A DNA stretch of 64,000 nt from the human T2T-CHM13v2.0 reference genome, Homo sapiens: NCBI RefSeq assembly GCF_009914755.1, contig NC_060940.1, one strand, 5' to 3'. The translations under genes were made by a program, and so were the position numbers. Below are positions 29,709 through 47,615 of this stretch, one piece after another. Below the pieces are notes generated by a model, which did not search any database, was not told where the DNA came from, and saw only the letters and a list, made by a program, of their open reading frames with translations. Every line of letters begins with the position of its first letter. Positions within the stretch are counted from its first letter, which is position 1.

Positions 29709-30056
29709 ATTTATTTATTTATTTTTATTTTTTATTTTTATTTTTTGAGGTGGAGTCTCACCCTGTCACCCAGGCTGGAGTGCAGTGGCGCGATCTCGGC
29801 TCACTGCAACCTCTGCCTCCCAGGTTCAGGCACTTCTGCCTCAGCCTCCCAGGTTCAGGCACTTCTGCCTCAGCCTCCCGAGTAACTGGGACTATAGGCA
29901 TGCACCACCATGCCTGGCTAATTATTTCGTGTTTTTAGCAGAGATGGGGTTTCACCATTTTGGCCAAAGTGGTCTCGAACTCCTGACCTCAAGTGATCCA
30001 CCCGCCTCGGCCTCCCAAAGTGCTGAGATTACAGGCATGAGCCATCACGCCTGGCC
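29709..30056 (-). mobile_element. Alu (AluS) with an internal 29-bp tandem duplication
   Basis: Antisense Alu; caggttcaggcacttctgcctcagcctcc occurs twice (29821-29878). Confidence 0.95.
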
Positions 30057-30439
30057 CGTTGGAGGACTTTAATTTACACTTGGGAACCATTGCTCTGGCT
30101 GTGGTGTGGAAAAGGAGTAGGAGGCAAGATAGCTGGTTTTGTCCCTCCTGACAAAGGTTTCCTCCTCCTTCTAGACGACCTGAGTCTGTTAGCCAGCTCC
30201 AAGACGCCCTTCTCCTTGGTAGAACCCCACCGAGTCTGATTTGGGTGGCAAGTTAGAGCTTGGTCTACGCCTGGGGTTTCTAAAGCCCCCACACCTCGTG
30301 GCCCTTTTGGCTGGGACTTCCAGACCCTGGGTCTACCCCATCAAGGACTTTTTTTTTGAGAACCTCCAGCATTCCTGGTCAGCCACACACCAGGCAAGCC
30401 CTGCATACCGGCTTGGCCAGCACCCGCCGTGGCTGTAAC

Positions 30440-30458
30440 TGACCTCTAGGTGGCGGTG
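30440..30458 (+). promoter_or_regulatory. Candidate CTCF site
   Basis: tgaCCTCTAGGTGGCGGtg fits the CTCF core CC(A/T)SYAGRKGGCRS; motif only, no occupancy data. Confidence 0.4.
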
Positions 30459-31494
30459 GCCACCTGCTGCCACTCTGGCTCCCAGAGCCCTGGCCAAGGA
30501 AGTCCTCTTTATCCCCACATTAGCCAGTGTTCCTTGTCTCTTCCCTCCCTGAATTGTGGATCCCGGGACCTACCTGTTTCTTCCTCTGTCTTAGGTGAGA
30601 CTTTTCTGACTTCCCAGTTTTCGCTGCTATGAGTGTCGGTAACTTCATCCAGTAGGCTTTGCAAAGTCTTTATTTGTGCAGAAGGCTGGAGGAGGTGTCA
30701 CAGTGCCACACACAGAGACTTGCATATGCAGACCTTGGTCTTGACTGTCAGAAGCGTCCATCCTTTGCTCACTGCCAGATGCTTATAAGCAAGGATAGAT
30801 GAGATGTAGGTGGCCCGGTATGGAGGGTAAGCCCTCCCTCCTTCCTTCTTTCCTGCTTGCCTTCTTGTTTCCTTCTCTTCCTTCCATTTATCCATCCATC
30901 TACCTACCCACCCATCTAGCACCCGTTGGGCATCTCCAGGAACTGAGGGCTCCTAGGGGTTTCCATCTTGGTTCTTGCCCTCAAGGAATTCATTGCATAG
31001 TAAAGATGAAGACTTGTAAAGGTACAATTGCAAGTAAATGTTCAGGTGATGTTCATTTATTCATCTGTTCATTTGTTTGTTCATTCATTCATTCATAGTA
31101 TTGAATATCCATTATTTCCAGGCACTGGTCTGGGTACTAGGGCATAGTGAATAAGACTCTGGTCATGTACTCCCAAGAATATGTATAATTAGTATTTGTC
31201 AATTAAAAGAATAAAATCTTAAAATGTGCAGAGCTTACGTTCAGTGGAGAGAGGACAGCAAGCCATCAATAAATAAAGTCTTGATATGTACCACAGATTG
31301 AGGTCAGCAGCTGCGATTGCCTGCCATTTCAAATGATTCATCTTGTAAACAGACAGTGTCAACCTATGGCATCAATAAATACAGCACGATACTGGAAAAA
31401 ACTAGGCAAGATAATTGCTCATTATACCAAATGCTGTGAAGAAGCAGAGAGAGAATGATGGTAGAGGATAGTTTTGGGGTGGGGTAAGGGTGTA

Positions 31495-31760
31495 TACTGG
31501 GTGGCATGTGTGCACGTGTGTGTGTGTGTGTGTGTGTGTATGTGCATCTGGCGAAAGTGATGTATACCTGGTGGGGCAGTGTGTGAGTACTTGGTAGTGT
31601 GTGCACCTGGTAGTGTGTGCATGGATGAGCATCTGATGGGGTGTGTGCATGTGTGCCTGAAGGGATACGTGTGTGAGTACTTGATAGTGTGTGCACCCGG
31701 TAGCATGTGTATGTATATGTATCTGGTGGAGTATGTGCATGTGTGCCTGGGGGGATGTGT
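31495..31760. repeat. (TG)n microsatellite and degenerate TG-rich low-complexity tract
   Basis: (gt)n at ~31516-31538; near-identical gtgtgagtacttg(g/a)tagtgtgtgcacc(t/c)ggtag occurs twice. Confidence 0.8.
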
Positions 31761-34009
31761 GAAATTGCCTCCTTTCAGGGAGAGGATGCATTGGGATTGT
31801 GAGCTTTTCCAAAGGTGGAAAGGTTCTGAGCTGCTGGCCTTCACAGAGACGTACCTAGGTTGATGGGAGCTGCTCAGGAGCACCCTCTGAACTCCCAGAA
31901 GGCCCGGGGCATTAGCATCTTGTCTGCCGATGGCCTCCAGAGAGAACACTGTGCATCTCAGGACCAAAGCAGTGTTTGAGTTGCATTGACAGAGTTGATT
32001 GTGATACTCGAGGCTTCCTTTGCCATAATGCCACCCTCTTCTAGTGGGCAGTAAGCTGTGATGTCAGACCAGACCCCTTTACCCTTTTCTTCTCCTTACT
32101 AAGTAGCAATACATTCAGGGCAGGTCAAGTCACATTGTGTGTTCATGTAGCATTTAAGGAGAGTTCAACCCCTTTCCAGAATTGCTAATAACAGTACAAT
32201 AAACACCGGTCATGCTTTATGCATGTGTTATGTCACAACCCTCTTAGGTGGGTGCTAATACTATCCCCGCTCTATAGATGCTAAAACTGATGCTCAGAAA
32301 GGTAAGGTAGGTTGGCCAGGGTTGTCCAGCTGGCAGGTGGTGGAGTCGGGGGTTAATTGAGGCAGCAGTTCCCACAGCCTGCACTTTAACCTCTGTTCTC
32401 TGGAGTGGGGCCTCCCCACTCTTAGTGATTGGGAGGCATCTGCCTGTGTTTTGCAGAGATACGGCAGGTCTCAAGAATGGCCCACACTATACCTCAATGC
32501 CTTGTCTAGAGCCTGAGCTCTTTCTCTACTGCTTCAGGACAGGGTGGTCTGGAGGAAGAACACAGATTAGGTGGGGGAAAAGACAAAGGTTCAAATCACG
32601 TCTCCACCACTCACTCTGGGTCTTTGGGCAAGGCCCTGTTCACACCTCATTTACCCATCATAAAAAGACTTGGACCAGGCAAAATGGCACACGTTAGCCT
32701 CTACCGTGGTGCTTTGCAAGCCTGCAAGATGGAAAAATGTTCATCCCAGCCCCATCTTGTATGTGAGGAAATTTTAAAACAAAATTGAATGCTATCTTAC
32801 GGGCATTGTTATGAGAGAGAAATGAGTACATTGGGTAAATTAACTGTATTACGATGTTTGTGGTCTGCATACGGGTGCAATTTGATTGCGTGGGGAGACA
32901 AAAGAGGGTTCCTCGTGATGACTAATACATCTCTTTAAACATACATTAGAGAGAGGTGCAGAGAGTGTGCCTATCACATCTGAAATGTTCTATTGTTCTG
33001 TTTGTTTTTCATTACTCTGAAATGATTACTGCAAAAATTCCTAAATTGGATGCTTTTCAAAGAGGAAGATTAAAGACCATAAGCACAGTCTTGCAGCTGT
33101 GCAAAAAAGACTGTGCATCTGTAGATGGATGGAGAGCCTTAACAGCTTCACCTTGGGCTCTGCACTGCACGTGGAGAAACCTCAGGCCCATTGGGAAGTG
33201 GCAGCCACGTTCCATCTGTGAGCCCAGAGGGACCTTAGTTGGCATTTTGTAGCATATCTGCCCCGAGCTGACCACCATCTGCTTGGCATTATTTAAAACC
33301 TCTTAAATGCATTTCGGCGGGGGACAGGTCTCCATAACACTGGGACAGGGAGGCAGAAGTCTTCTGGAGAAACCAGACGGAAACCTTGCCTGGTTGCAGA
33401 GGAGGAAGAAGCATCAAACGCGAGCCCTATGCAGACACTGAGTGGTCTCGCTTCTGTGGCTGCCTGAGAAGTTGCAGCTCTTTGATTAAAGATCAGTAGT
33501 TATTTGAGGGTTTTGTATTTATTATGTACATTTTGTTGTTAGACAGCTATCACTGGTCCTGTTTCTAGAGGGAGAAAGGAAGTATTTATACTCTTGGTGT
33601 TGGCTGCAAGGTTGTCCCAGCCAACAATTCCCAGTCACGGCGAAGGATACAGGAAGGAGCTTTGAATTGTGTAGATGAGTTAGAAGGCCAGTTAAACCCA
33701 GAAAGGGCAATGCTGTGAGCACCAAGGAGGAGGTAGCCTTTGGAGTGTGTCGCAATCCACTCCCCTTCTCTTCCTGCACACGCCGCACACATGCGCAGAG
33801 GCAGGCTCTGGCCACAGCTCATTGGCCCAGAGTGAGCACTCACACAGGAGAAAACTACCCAGATACTGGCCCAATCAGATTCTCTGTTGGTCTCAGGTCT
33901 TTTCACTACAAGTGGCAAAATCTTACCTTGAGCTGGCTAAAACAAAACAATTTTTTGCCTTATATAAGTAAAACATTCTGTTGTAGCTTGATCTAGGGTC
34001 TCAGCTATT

Positions 34010-34203
34010 CTCCTTCCTCCTCCCTTTCTCCCTTCCTCCTCCTCCGCCCCCTCCTGCTGTCTTCTTCCCCCACCTCCTCCTCCCCGGTCCACTCCCCCCT
34101 CCTCCCACCGTTTCACTCTCCCCTCCTCCTCCCATTTCACTCCCCCCTCCTCCCCCTCTCCACTTCCCCTCCTCCCCTATCCTCCTACCCGCCTTTTCCC
34201 CCT
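34010..34203. repeat. C/T-rich low-complexity tract
   Basis: Runs of cctcctcccc / cactccccctcctccc. Confidence 0.85.
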
Positions 34204-35667
34204 TAGGTTCTGCGTCTCTGTACTGTGTTCTCTAGTAGGTTCCTCTCCTGTGGGGCTCACCAGCAGCTCTGAGCTTAGATCCTCACAGGCCAAGAAATGT
34301 GGCTATGAAACCCCTCAGCTCTCTCCCTGTCATACAGGCTCCTGATGGGCCTGGATGGGGTGGAACACCCTCACGGTGGTGCATGCAGGACTTTGATTTT
34401 CCCAGCCTTGATCTCATGCCTACTCTAGGGTCAGAGCTGGAGCGGGACCCATAGGGAGCCCAGAGACAGGCTGGGTGGAGAGTGGGTCCCTAAAGGAGAA
34501 CTGAAGAAGAGGAAGTGGATGGCAGGCAGAGAAAGACAACCACTGTTCGCACGGAGGCTTCCTCCTGGACCATGCGGGATTATGCCTCAGAGCCTGGGTC
34601 AGTCTGCATGCACGTGGGGCTGGGTGGAGGGAGTGTCATATCTAGACCCTGAGCTCGGGAGGTGGAGAAAGCAAACTTGCAGGGAGGAAGCAGGATCCCT
34701 TGGGTGTGCAGAGGAGCAGAGCAGCATGGCCTCGCAGCTAACCTTGGACTTGGGTGGCTTTCTGGTCACTGGTCCTGCCCCTCAGGAGGCCCAGCAGTCT
34801 TTCCAGCTCTTGCTTTTTTTGAGATACCCTTGTACCCGTCCAGTAATACCCCATTTCCCCAAAGCCATAGTGAACTGGCCTTTCTTCCTGGTAATCAAAG
34901 AGTCTGTGACTAAGAAGATAGAAGGACCAGCGACACCATCGGCCTAGCTCACAGAGTTCCTCTCCAGAAGAGAAGTGCCTGGCTCCCAGTGTGGTTGGAA
35001 ATATACCGAACAGAAGCATGGCTCAGCTTCCATGCAGCCAGAGAAGCTCCTGATTCTGTAAAGCATAGTTAGCTGTGGCAGGAGGGAGAGGGCCATTCAG
35101 GATCACATCAGAAGGTGACATGCTAGTGGCCGTCCTGGCTGAATCACGACCTCCCCAGCCCATTCCTTCTCACAAGAGCTGTTTTGCCGAATGAGACTTC
35201 ATCACCCAACCACGGCTCGCAGCCAGACGCAGCCGAACAGGCCTAGTGCGGCTGAAACTTTCCTTCAGAGGGGGAAACCCTAAAACTGTCTGCTGGGCAT
35301 AGTGATTTCTTTAGTATTTTCAGAGTTGAGTGCCTTGCTTGTTCAAATGCCAAGATTATTTTTAAGTCCATTATATTCTCACTGATTTCCTATTGTCAAG
35401 AACATTTTATTTGGAAAGGTCTTAGTGTAACCAAAGTAGAAAACTCCTTCTATATTTTTAGCTTGGTCTTCCCTCTTGTTACCTCCTCCTCCCCCTGGCC
35501 AGCTCCTCTTCATCCTTCAAGGCTTTGCTCAGCCATCACCTCCTCCAGGAAACTGCATTCCATGTCACCTCTCCTTCTGGCCTCCTGTGCATCCCTATGC
35601 CATAACACTTACTCCACTGGACTATAACTTTTTGGCTGGCTGGCTGCCTCACAAATGTGTGAACTCT

Positions 35668-35949
<282 letters not shown>

Positions 35950-36683
35950 AAATGTGTGAACTTCTTTAGAACAGGCACATTGCTTTTGCTAATAATAGCC
36001 GACTTTTGTTAAATATTTAAATGTTAAGCAAAGTAGTTGATTTTCAAACACAGTCCTAGAAGTTAGATGCGATAATTGCCCACATTTTACATTAAGAAAT
36101 TGAAGCATGTGTGGAGAGCTTTAGCAAATTACTGAAGGTCATACAACTAATGAGAATATGAAATCAAGATTCTATCTCAGGCAGCCTTAGTCTTATTGTG
36201 TCCATAACCACTGCTCCAAACTATTGGCTCAGCTCAGTATCTCTCCTTGGAGCCACCACAAGTCTGGTGCCTAGTAGGTGCTCAATAAACATTGGGTGAA
36301 CTTCAAGAGATTGGATACCTGTGAATGTGCAGCTGGGCTGACTTGGAAGGAATTTCCAGAGGTGGTTTTGCTGCTTCTATTACTGTGACGAGGGGTAGAG
36401 GCACGTTTGGCTTCCTGCCTGCATGGAATTTTGCAGTCAGAGCAAGTTCTAACTGCAGCCCTTCACTCCTTCTCTCCAAGACAAATGGAAACTTATTCTG
36501 TTCTTAAAACTCGTCTCCTCTATCAGAAGCTTTTTCAGAGGCTCTGGTGCTGAGGCTGCAGGGTGAAAAGTAACCTCCCATCCGTCACAGCAATTCTGCT
36601 TCGGGTTGGAAAACAATTTGAAGCATCGCGTCTTCCAAGAGGAGTTTTCCTTTAAATTTTTTATGATAGAAAATATTCAGGCT

Positions 36684-37104
<421 letters not shown>

Positions 37105-38311
37105 TCAAACACCCTGAACACCCTGGGCCTCAGCTGTGGCTTCGCTCTGGGTGCTGGGCTCGATCTCTTGCCATAGGTCTAGTCCCCAGCGAGCTCTCAG
37201 TCCTGGCCCTGCAGCCTGGGCTGGACCCTGCTTCCATGGTCAGCTTCACTTTCCGCCATTCACTCTTGGACATTGCCTCTTTTTTCCTGAAGGATAGAGA
37301 CGTGCCTTTCATTTTGGGATGTGACTTGCCTTTTCAAGTACCTCTACAGTTTAGTCTTCATCCAATTGTATCTGGGGAGAAGAGGGAGGATTGGAGGTGT
37401 GTTGTCTTCACAGTGCCAACCAGAAGTCCCACTTAACTTGAAAAATAGCATTTAATTTTTCTGTTACCAAAGTCTGTTCAGTAGAAGAAAGAAATCTGGA
37501 AATCTTGAAAGAAGATAAACAAAATAAAAATCTATCACCATTCAGAAATAGCAGCCACTGTTAATGTTTTAATTTGTATCCCAGTCTTATTTCTGGGGAT
37601 TTCATTATACACACACACACACACACACGTGACTGGAGTCATACTTATCAATATATCATAAGCAGTGTCTTAATTCCATGATTTCAGAATAAACAAGGGT
37701 CCAGCTTCTATTCCTCACTGCCTCCCCCAAACCCAGGAAGACTTGGCAGGTGTTTGTGTCTATGAAGAGAGAAGCAGAAGCCTGCTCTACCTTCACAGGG
37801 AAATAAAAAGCTCTATGCAGAATATCAGTGCCGCAAATGGAGCAGCCTGTTTAGCAATGCACATGGCTAAGGGGGGATCATGTGCATGACTCAAATATCC
37901 AGACTGCAACATGTGACTGCAGGATGAAGTCATACTTCCTTTTACATCCCCCTGCTATGATCGCTGGATCCCCCAGCAGCTTGATTGCCGGAAATTAGCT
38001 CCCATAGCAGTGACTCCAGCTATTTCTGAGTTTCCCAGGAGCTGCCTCACGTGGACTCAGGGACTCGCCCCTTGTGATTTTCTCTGTGGCCCCTGCTGCT
38101 GCTGCCCATGCTGAAGATGCCCCTTATTAGGACGCCAGGCTCCTGGGCACTGCTGCCCGTCAGCGGTCGTTGTCGCTCTGACTTGGGGTGGAGGCGGAGG
38201 CACTTTCTCTGCATTGCTACTCAAACCCAGATGTGACAGCTGGGCCTGTGCCGTATATCCACACAACACAACTGAGGTGAGGCTAGAAGTTTTTCATTGC
38301 CTAATCACCTC

Positions 38312-38681
38312 TGTATTAGTCGGTTTTCATGCTGCTGATAAAGACATACCCGAGACTGGGCAGTTTACAAAAGAAAGAGCTTTAATTGGACTCACAGTTC
38401 CACATGGCTAAGGAGGCCTCACAATCATGGTTGAAGGCAAGGAGGAGCAACTCACATCTTACATGGATGGCGGCAGGCAAAGAAAGCTTGTGCAGAGAAA
38501 CTCTGCCTTATACAGACATCAGATCTCATGAGACTTATTCACTAACAAGAGAACAGCATGAGAAAGACCTGCCCCTGTGATTCAATTATCTCCCACCGGG
38601 CCCCTCCCACAACACGTGGGAATTATGGGAGCTACAATTCAAGATGAGATTTGGGTGGGGATACAGAACCAAACCATAGCA
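38312..38681 (-). mobile_element. THE1B-like solo LTR
   Basis: tgtattagtcggttttcatgctgctgataaagacatacccgagac...aaaccatagca; perfect TSD acctc. Confidence 0.95.
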
Positions 38682-38699
38682 ACCTCTATTATTAAAAAT

Positions 38700-40952
<2,253 letters not shown>

Positions 40953-40955
<3 letters not shown>

Positions 40956-41436
40956 TGACAAAATTCAACATCCTTTCATGATAACCCCCCAATGAATGAG
41001 GTATAGAAGGATGTACCTCAGCATAAGAAAACTGTATGTGACAAGCCTACAGCTAACATCATACTCAACAGTGAAAAGCTGAAAGCGTTTGCTCTAGGAT
41101 GAAGAACCAAACAACGATGTGTACTCCTGCCGCTTTGGTTCAATATAGTACTGGAAGTCCCATTCAGAGCAATTAGACAAGAAAAAGAAATAAAACGCAT
41201 CCAAATTGGAAAAGCAGAAGTTAAATTCTCTCTATTTGCAGATGATATCATGTCATATAGAAAACCTTAAAGATGCCACCAAAACAAAACAAAACCCACA
41301 ACTGCCAGAACTAATAAGTAAATTGAGTAAAGTTGTCAGATACAAAGTCAGCATACAGAATCTGGTGTGTTTATATACACTAACAATGAACCATCTGAAA
41401 ACACAAATTTAGAAAAGTCCCATTTATAATAACATC
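40953..41436 (+). mobile_element. Inverted L1 ORF2 (RT-region) segment of the same L1
   Basis: atttgacaaaattcaacatcc...acagctaacatcatactcaa...ttcaatatagtactggaagtcc...tttgcagatgatat...cccatttataataacatc. Confidence 0.88.
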
Positions 41437-42609
41437 AGGCTAGAACTTTTAATAAAACTTTATATACAGCAGCATAGTGATCATGGGAGAGAGATACAGC
41501 AGGGGGACAACTTTTAGTGGCTACTACCAGATGAACCTGCCGTCAGATGTGGCACCCCCCCTTCCAGAGTCGCGGCCTGTCTTCAGAGCGTCTTTGAAAG
41601 GGGCCTTCATGCCTTGCTTGTGTCCACCACTCCCTTGAAAAGGCCAGCTTCCTACCTCACCATGATCTACCTGGAGCCCCAGCCCAACAGCCATGAACCA
41701 AAGCATGGATAGTTTCATGCTTAAGTTGTGTCCTCCTTAGTTTTCTGGCAGGGGCTGGTGTTGGCAGCAGTTGGGACTGAAAGAGGCCATAGCAGTTGGC
41801 TGCCTGGGCTCTTGGGTCCTCGGTGGGCTCCGAGGGGATTGGAAAGTCCATTAACTTAGCAGGGTGACATAAAGTGGAGACTGTTCCATGAGTCCTCTAA
41901 CAGAGGCCATTTGCATCTTCCTTTGGTGGAAATGGTCCAGTCCATGGCATATCTACTCATAGACTTTGTTTTAGAGCCAAAGGGTGGGCACCTGGACCAG
42001 AAATTCAGTGAGTTAGGGGAACAAGAGTGCCCACCTTTTCCCCTGGCTTTCCTAGGTGTGAAGGAAAAGGCAGTGGCCAGTGATGCGAAGATGTGGGCCA
42101 TGAAGTCGGGCAGACCTGGGCTTCAGTCCTTGTTTCACTTCTAACTAGCTCTTTGCTAGACCAGTGGCTCAGACTCAGTAAGGGAGAGTTGCAAATTCTT
42201 CTCCATCAGGGCTTATGGCAAGTAAAAGTGAATGGGCCAACCATGGTCCATGGCCAGTAGTGCTAAAAATATTTCCTTTTCTCTTAGAGACATACATCTG
42301 TGTTCTCTCTCCAGTAATCTAAAAGTGAGTGAAAGAAAACCCATTTGTATATAAATGGCTATCGCTCACTAGGGCGAAGATCCATGCTCTCCTTTTCCTT
42401 TTCCAAATCCATAAGAGCTGTAGATGACAGTCCCATGCTCTGAGCAGCCCCCGGTTATTGTATTTGACATGTATCCATCAGGCACATGCACAGACACACG
42501 GGTGACTTCCTGCTTCTGTGGGATTGAGAGGGGCAGGACCTGTCAGTAAGACACTCCCTGGCAGTGCTCTCATGGACGGGCAAATACACTGCCTGCATCC
42601 ACTCTGACC

Positions 42610-42960
42610 TGTTCGTTCATTCGTTTGTTCGTTTGTTCGTTCGTTAGTTCGTTCGTTCGTTCATTCATTCATTCATTCCATTCACTCATTCATTCATTCA
42701 TTCTGTCCTTCTTAAAAGTTTAGTCCTGGGAATATATACTGAGTGTTTCTTTTGTACTTCCTGTGGATAAAATTGACCAGATCCATGTCCTCATGGAGCT
42801 GTTCCTCTGGTTGAAGGAGAAAGACAACAAACAGGTCTACCTAGCATGCCAGATGGTGGTCGTGCTGGGGTCAGCACTGACAGTTGAGCCAGAAACCTCA
42901 CGGAGTGAGGGGATAGGCATCGAGGCTGTCCAGGGACAGGGCACTCCAGGCAGAGGGAAC
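42610..42960 (-). mobile_element. L2 3' end with (TTCG/TTCA)n tail-derived microsatellite
   Basis: cattcattc repeats, then L2-like ggcactccaggcagagggaacagc. Confidence 0.65.
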
Positions 42961-43188
42961 AGCCACAGCTCCAGCTCCGGCTCTGTGGCTCCACCCACTT
43001 CATCATCCTCTAACATCCCGGACCGGGCCCTGGTCACCTCCAGTATCGTCTTGGATCCCTCGTCCTCCCTGCCCCAGCTGCCCCAGCCTCCTTTCACTTG
43101 TCCCCTGTTACACGAGCCCCTGCCACATGTTCCCTCTGCCCTGCCCTTTGCCCTACAGCTGTTCCCCTTCCAGGACTGTCTACTCTGA

Positions 43189-43626
<438 letters not shown>

Positions 43627-44751
43627 TGATTATTGGCATCAGGTCAGCTGAGGTCCCCAAGGACTGAGCCCTGGGAGGCTGGGATCCTGCCTGGTTTTGT
43701 TCTCCATGATAGCCCCAGGGCCCAGCCCGGAGCTTGGTATACAACAGGCCACCTGGTGGTGACTGAGGAGGGAACACGCAGTTCTGCCTGGGGGACAGCG
43801 GGGTTTGGGAAAATTGAGGAGGGTCTTGAAGGAGGAGTACACACCCTCAACCTAGCATCCAGTTCTCATCATGTCTAAAAACTAATAAAACAGCACAGGC
43901 AGTGTCAGCGGGGTGGGAAGGCTGGTCTTTGGGCACTTCCGGCCATGCCAGTTTCAGAAGCATTGAGTCAAATGTCCAGAGACAGTAGAGCATGGGCTGA
44001 AATGGAGTGAACGTAATCTGTGCACCTCAGTTCTCTCCGAGACACAGGGGCTGCTCTTCAGCTACAGTTACGGTACCGCGGTTCCAGGTAAAGCACAGAC
44101 TGGCTGGGTCTCTGCCACATCCAGACCTTTATGCTACATCCTTCTTTCAAAGATCTGTGGAATGGTGCTGGCAATTCTTAGTAAATAATGCATTTCCTCT
44201 TGTACTAGGCTGCCTCATTTACATAACCCAGTGAACTGAAAAGTCGTTTTTCTTGGGCCAAGTTATTCATCTTATTCTTGGCATTTGGCTGCAATAATAT
44301 CCGTCTATCGGCATGGCCATACAATAATTCAGGCATTTTGTTCTAGCAGTGAGGACACTTATAGTTAATAACACATGAAGCCATTTCATTAAAAGGAAAG
44401 TTTTGTTAGGATACATTAACACAGGCCTTGAACCAAAACACAAATCATTTCATTCCCTGGCTATTGAGGAAGCAAAATGAATTGGGAACCTGAAGCCATT
44501 TTTTGAAGAATCGTTGTTATCCTCATGTCATCTGATTCTCTCTGCATTCAACAGTCAGCATAAAGGGGATCAGGGTTTTAAGGAGTTGATAACACTTGTT
44601 TTTCTCTGAGGTGGAAAAGATGTGGTATAGGCTTTAGGGGCAGCATTCACTGAAGGCCCGGTGCTAGTTCCGCTGCTCACTCCTCGGGCAATAGAGAGCG
44701 CATTTCTTAGTTGCTCCAGGTTTGTTTTAAGGCATACAAAACTGCAGGGCT

Positions 44752-45176
<425 letters not shown>

Positions 45177-46989
45177 TCACTCTTGAATATTACAACATGC
45201 AGAAAAAAGTATTTAGTTTTGAGATGCAGGACTTTGGATCATTAAGGAGTTAGTGAAGTTTGAAATGGAGAGGGAGGCATTTGGTCTATGCTGCAGGAAG
45301 CAGGGGCAGCCTGACATGTTGGTTCCACGTTCGCTGTGTGTCAGTGAATGTTTATTTCTGAGTTCTCACCGCCTTCATGTCAGCGGGTTTCTCTGTGGGG
45401 TCTGATCCTTGCAGGGGTTTGTAACATCCATCAAGTATCTCCTACGAGGTCCTCCTCCTAAAATAGCACTCTTGCCCGGGAACCTGGGGGCTTGCGTGGC
45501 AGGGACTGGATAAATGCCCAGGCCGGCCTGCAGCCAGCAGAGAGGTGCACCGAGCTTGTTCTGAGTCAGAAGCCCGGGGAACGCTTCCCGGGTTTTGTTT
45601 TAGCACTCAGAAACCCACTCGAGAAGGTCATTTCCTGAACTCTGCTGTTTCTGTTGAGTTTTCTGAAAGCGGAGGGGATGCTTAGCTGTCCAATCCACAG
45701 AGCACGCTTTATGTTTGTGTTTCCCCGCCTGCCTAGCATTTGACAATTAATTAGCCATGGTAATTACCTGCTTTAATTTCATGATTGCACATCCTATAAT
45801 TAGCCCTAATTCTGTAATAGGGAAGTTCATGTACACAAAGGCAGCCGATGATGAAGGTGATAAGGGTTACAATATTAACAGCTGCCATTGCTTATTGCCT
45901 GCCAGGCATGGGCGAGGCACGACACCTCACAACCACCCAGTGACATTGGCATTGGCCTGCCTTACAGATGAAGAAGCTGAGTCTCAGTGTGGGGTGTCAT
46001 CCCCAGGGTCACAGCAGCCGAAAAGGATAACTGTGGGGACGTGAACCCAGGCCTCCCTCCCTATGTAGCTGTGCGCCTTCACACTGCCGTTCTGCCTCTT
46101 GCAGGAGCACCCGAGATCCGACATGCTTTGGGCCATAGACGCCCGTTCCTATGCTTGGCACACCCTTAAACCAGATTGAGGGCTTCAGCCACTTAAAGGA
46201 AGCTTTTACATCTTCATTCTTTCTGTCTGTCTGCCTGACTCCCTCCCCACATCTTCTTTTCCACCCGCTTATGGGAGTGCATGTTTGTGTGTGTGTCTGA
46301 GATAAATTTTACCCTGGAATGTTGACTGCTTGGTGGTTAGATGTTTTAGTACGTGTACAAAATGTTGTCCTGAATATAATTGCTTAATTCTCCTCCTCTC
46401 CCAAAGACTTAGCCTCTAGCACTATCTTCATTTATCCAAATAGAGACTCAGGGCTTGAAGAGGTGAATTAACTTACCTAGGATCACTTGGCTGGCAAGGG
46501 GTGCAGCTGGAATTCGAACCCATTTCTCACTGAGGCCAGAATCCAGTGTCTGGGCTCCCTCCCGATGCTGACGTATGACGATGTGTCAGGTCCACGTGGA
46601 TGTGTACCCACAGAGCCTTGGCACTACCTCCTGCCCCATCTACGGCCTGGCTTAGACATCCCTGCCCCACAAGTTAGGGTGAAAGCTCACTCTCCCGAGG
46701 ACAGCGAAGGCAGGGCTATGTTTTGTTTTTGCTTTTAAATTCAGGATTAACATAAAATACAATCAGGTGTATAAATCTTCAGTTTATGGTTCAATTAATT
46801 TTACTTCTGTATAGACCTTTATAACCACTGCCCAGATATAGATCCTGGATGTTTCCAGCACCCAGAAGACTCCTTTGTGCCCTGCACAAGAATCCTTTCT
46901 CCCGCCCAAGGTCATGAAGACATTCTACCATGTTTTCTCCTCCTCGCTTTATGATTTCACTTTTCACACTGAGGTCTATGACTCCAAAA

Positions 46990-47262
46990 GACACGAGTGC
47001 AAAAGCCACACACGCAAATGTTCATAGTTGCTTTATTCATGAAAGTCTCAACTTGAAACAACCTAAATGTCCACCCCAGCAGAACAGGTGGATACAAACA
47101 GGGAAATATTCATACAGTGGAATACTATTCATTAGTGCAAAGCAACATGAGGGCCATACACAGAAACACAGCTGCATCTCACGTCCACAGTACTGAGTGA
47201 AAGAAACTAGACCCAGAGGAGCACACACTGGTTCCGTTTAGGTCAAGTTCAAAAACAGGGGG
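46990..47262 (+). mobile_element. Old L1ME-like 3' fragment
   Basis: aaatgttcatagttgctttattcat...aaacaacctaaatgtcc...cagtggaatactattc...ctgagtgaaagaa. Confidence 0.7.
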
Positions 47263-47264
47263 AA

Positions 47265-47615
<351 letters not shown>

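Noticed and set aside
41018-41412. ORFs over L1 ORF2 sequence
   Set aside because: Decayed, frameshifted L1 fragment; no intact reverse transcriptase.
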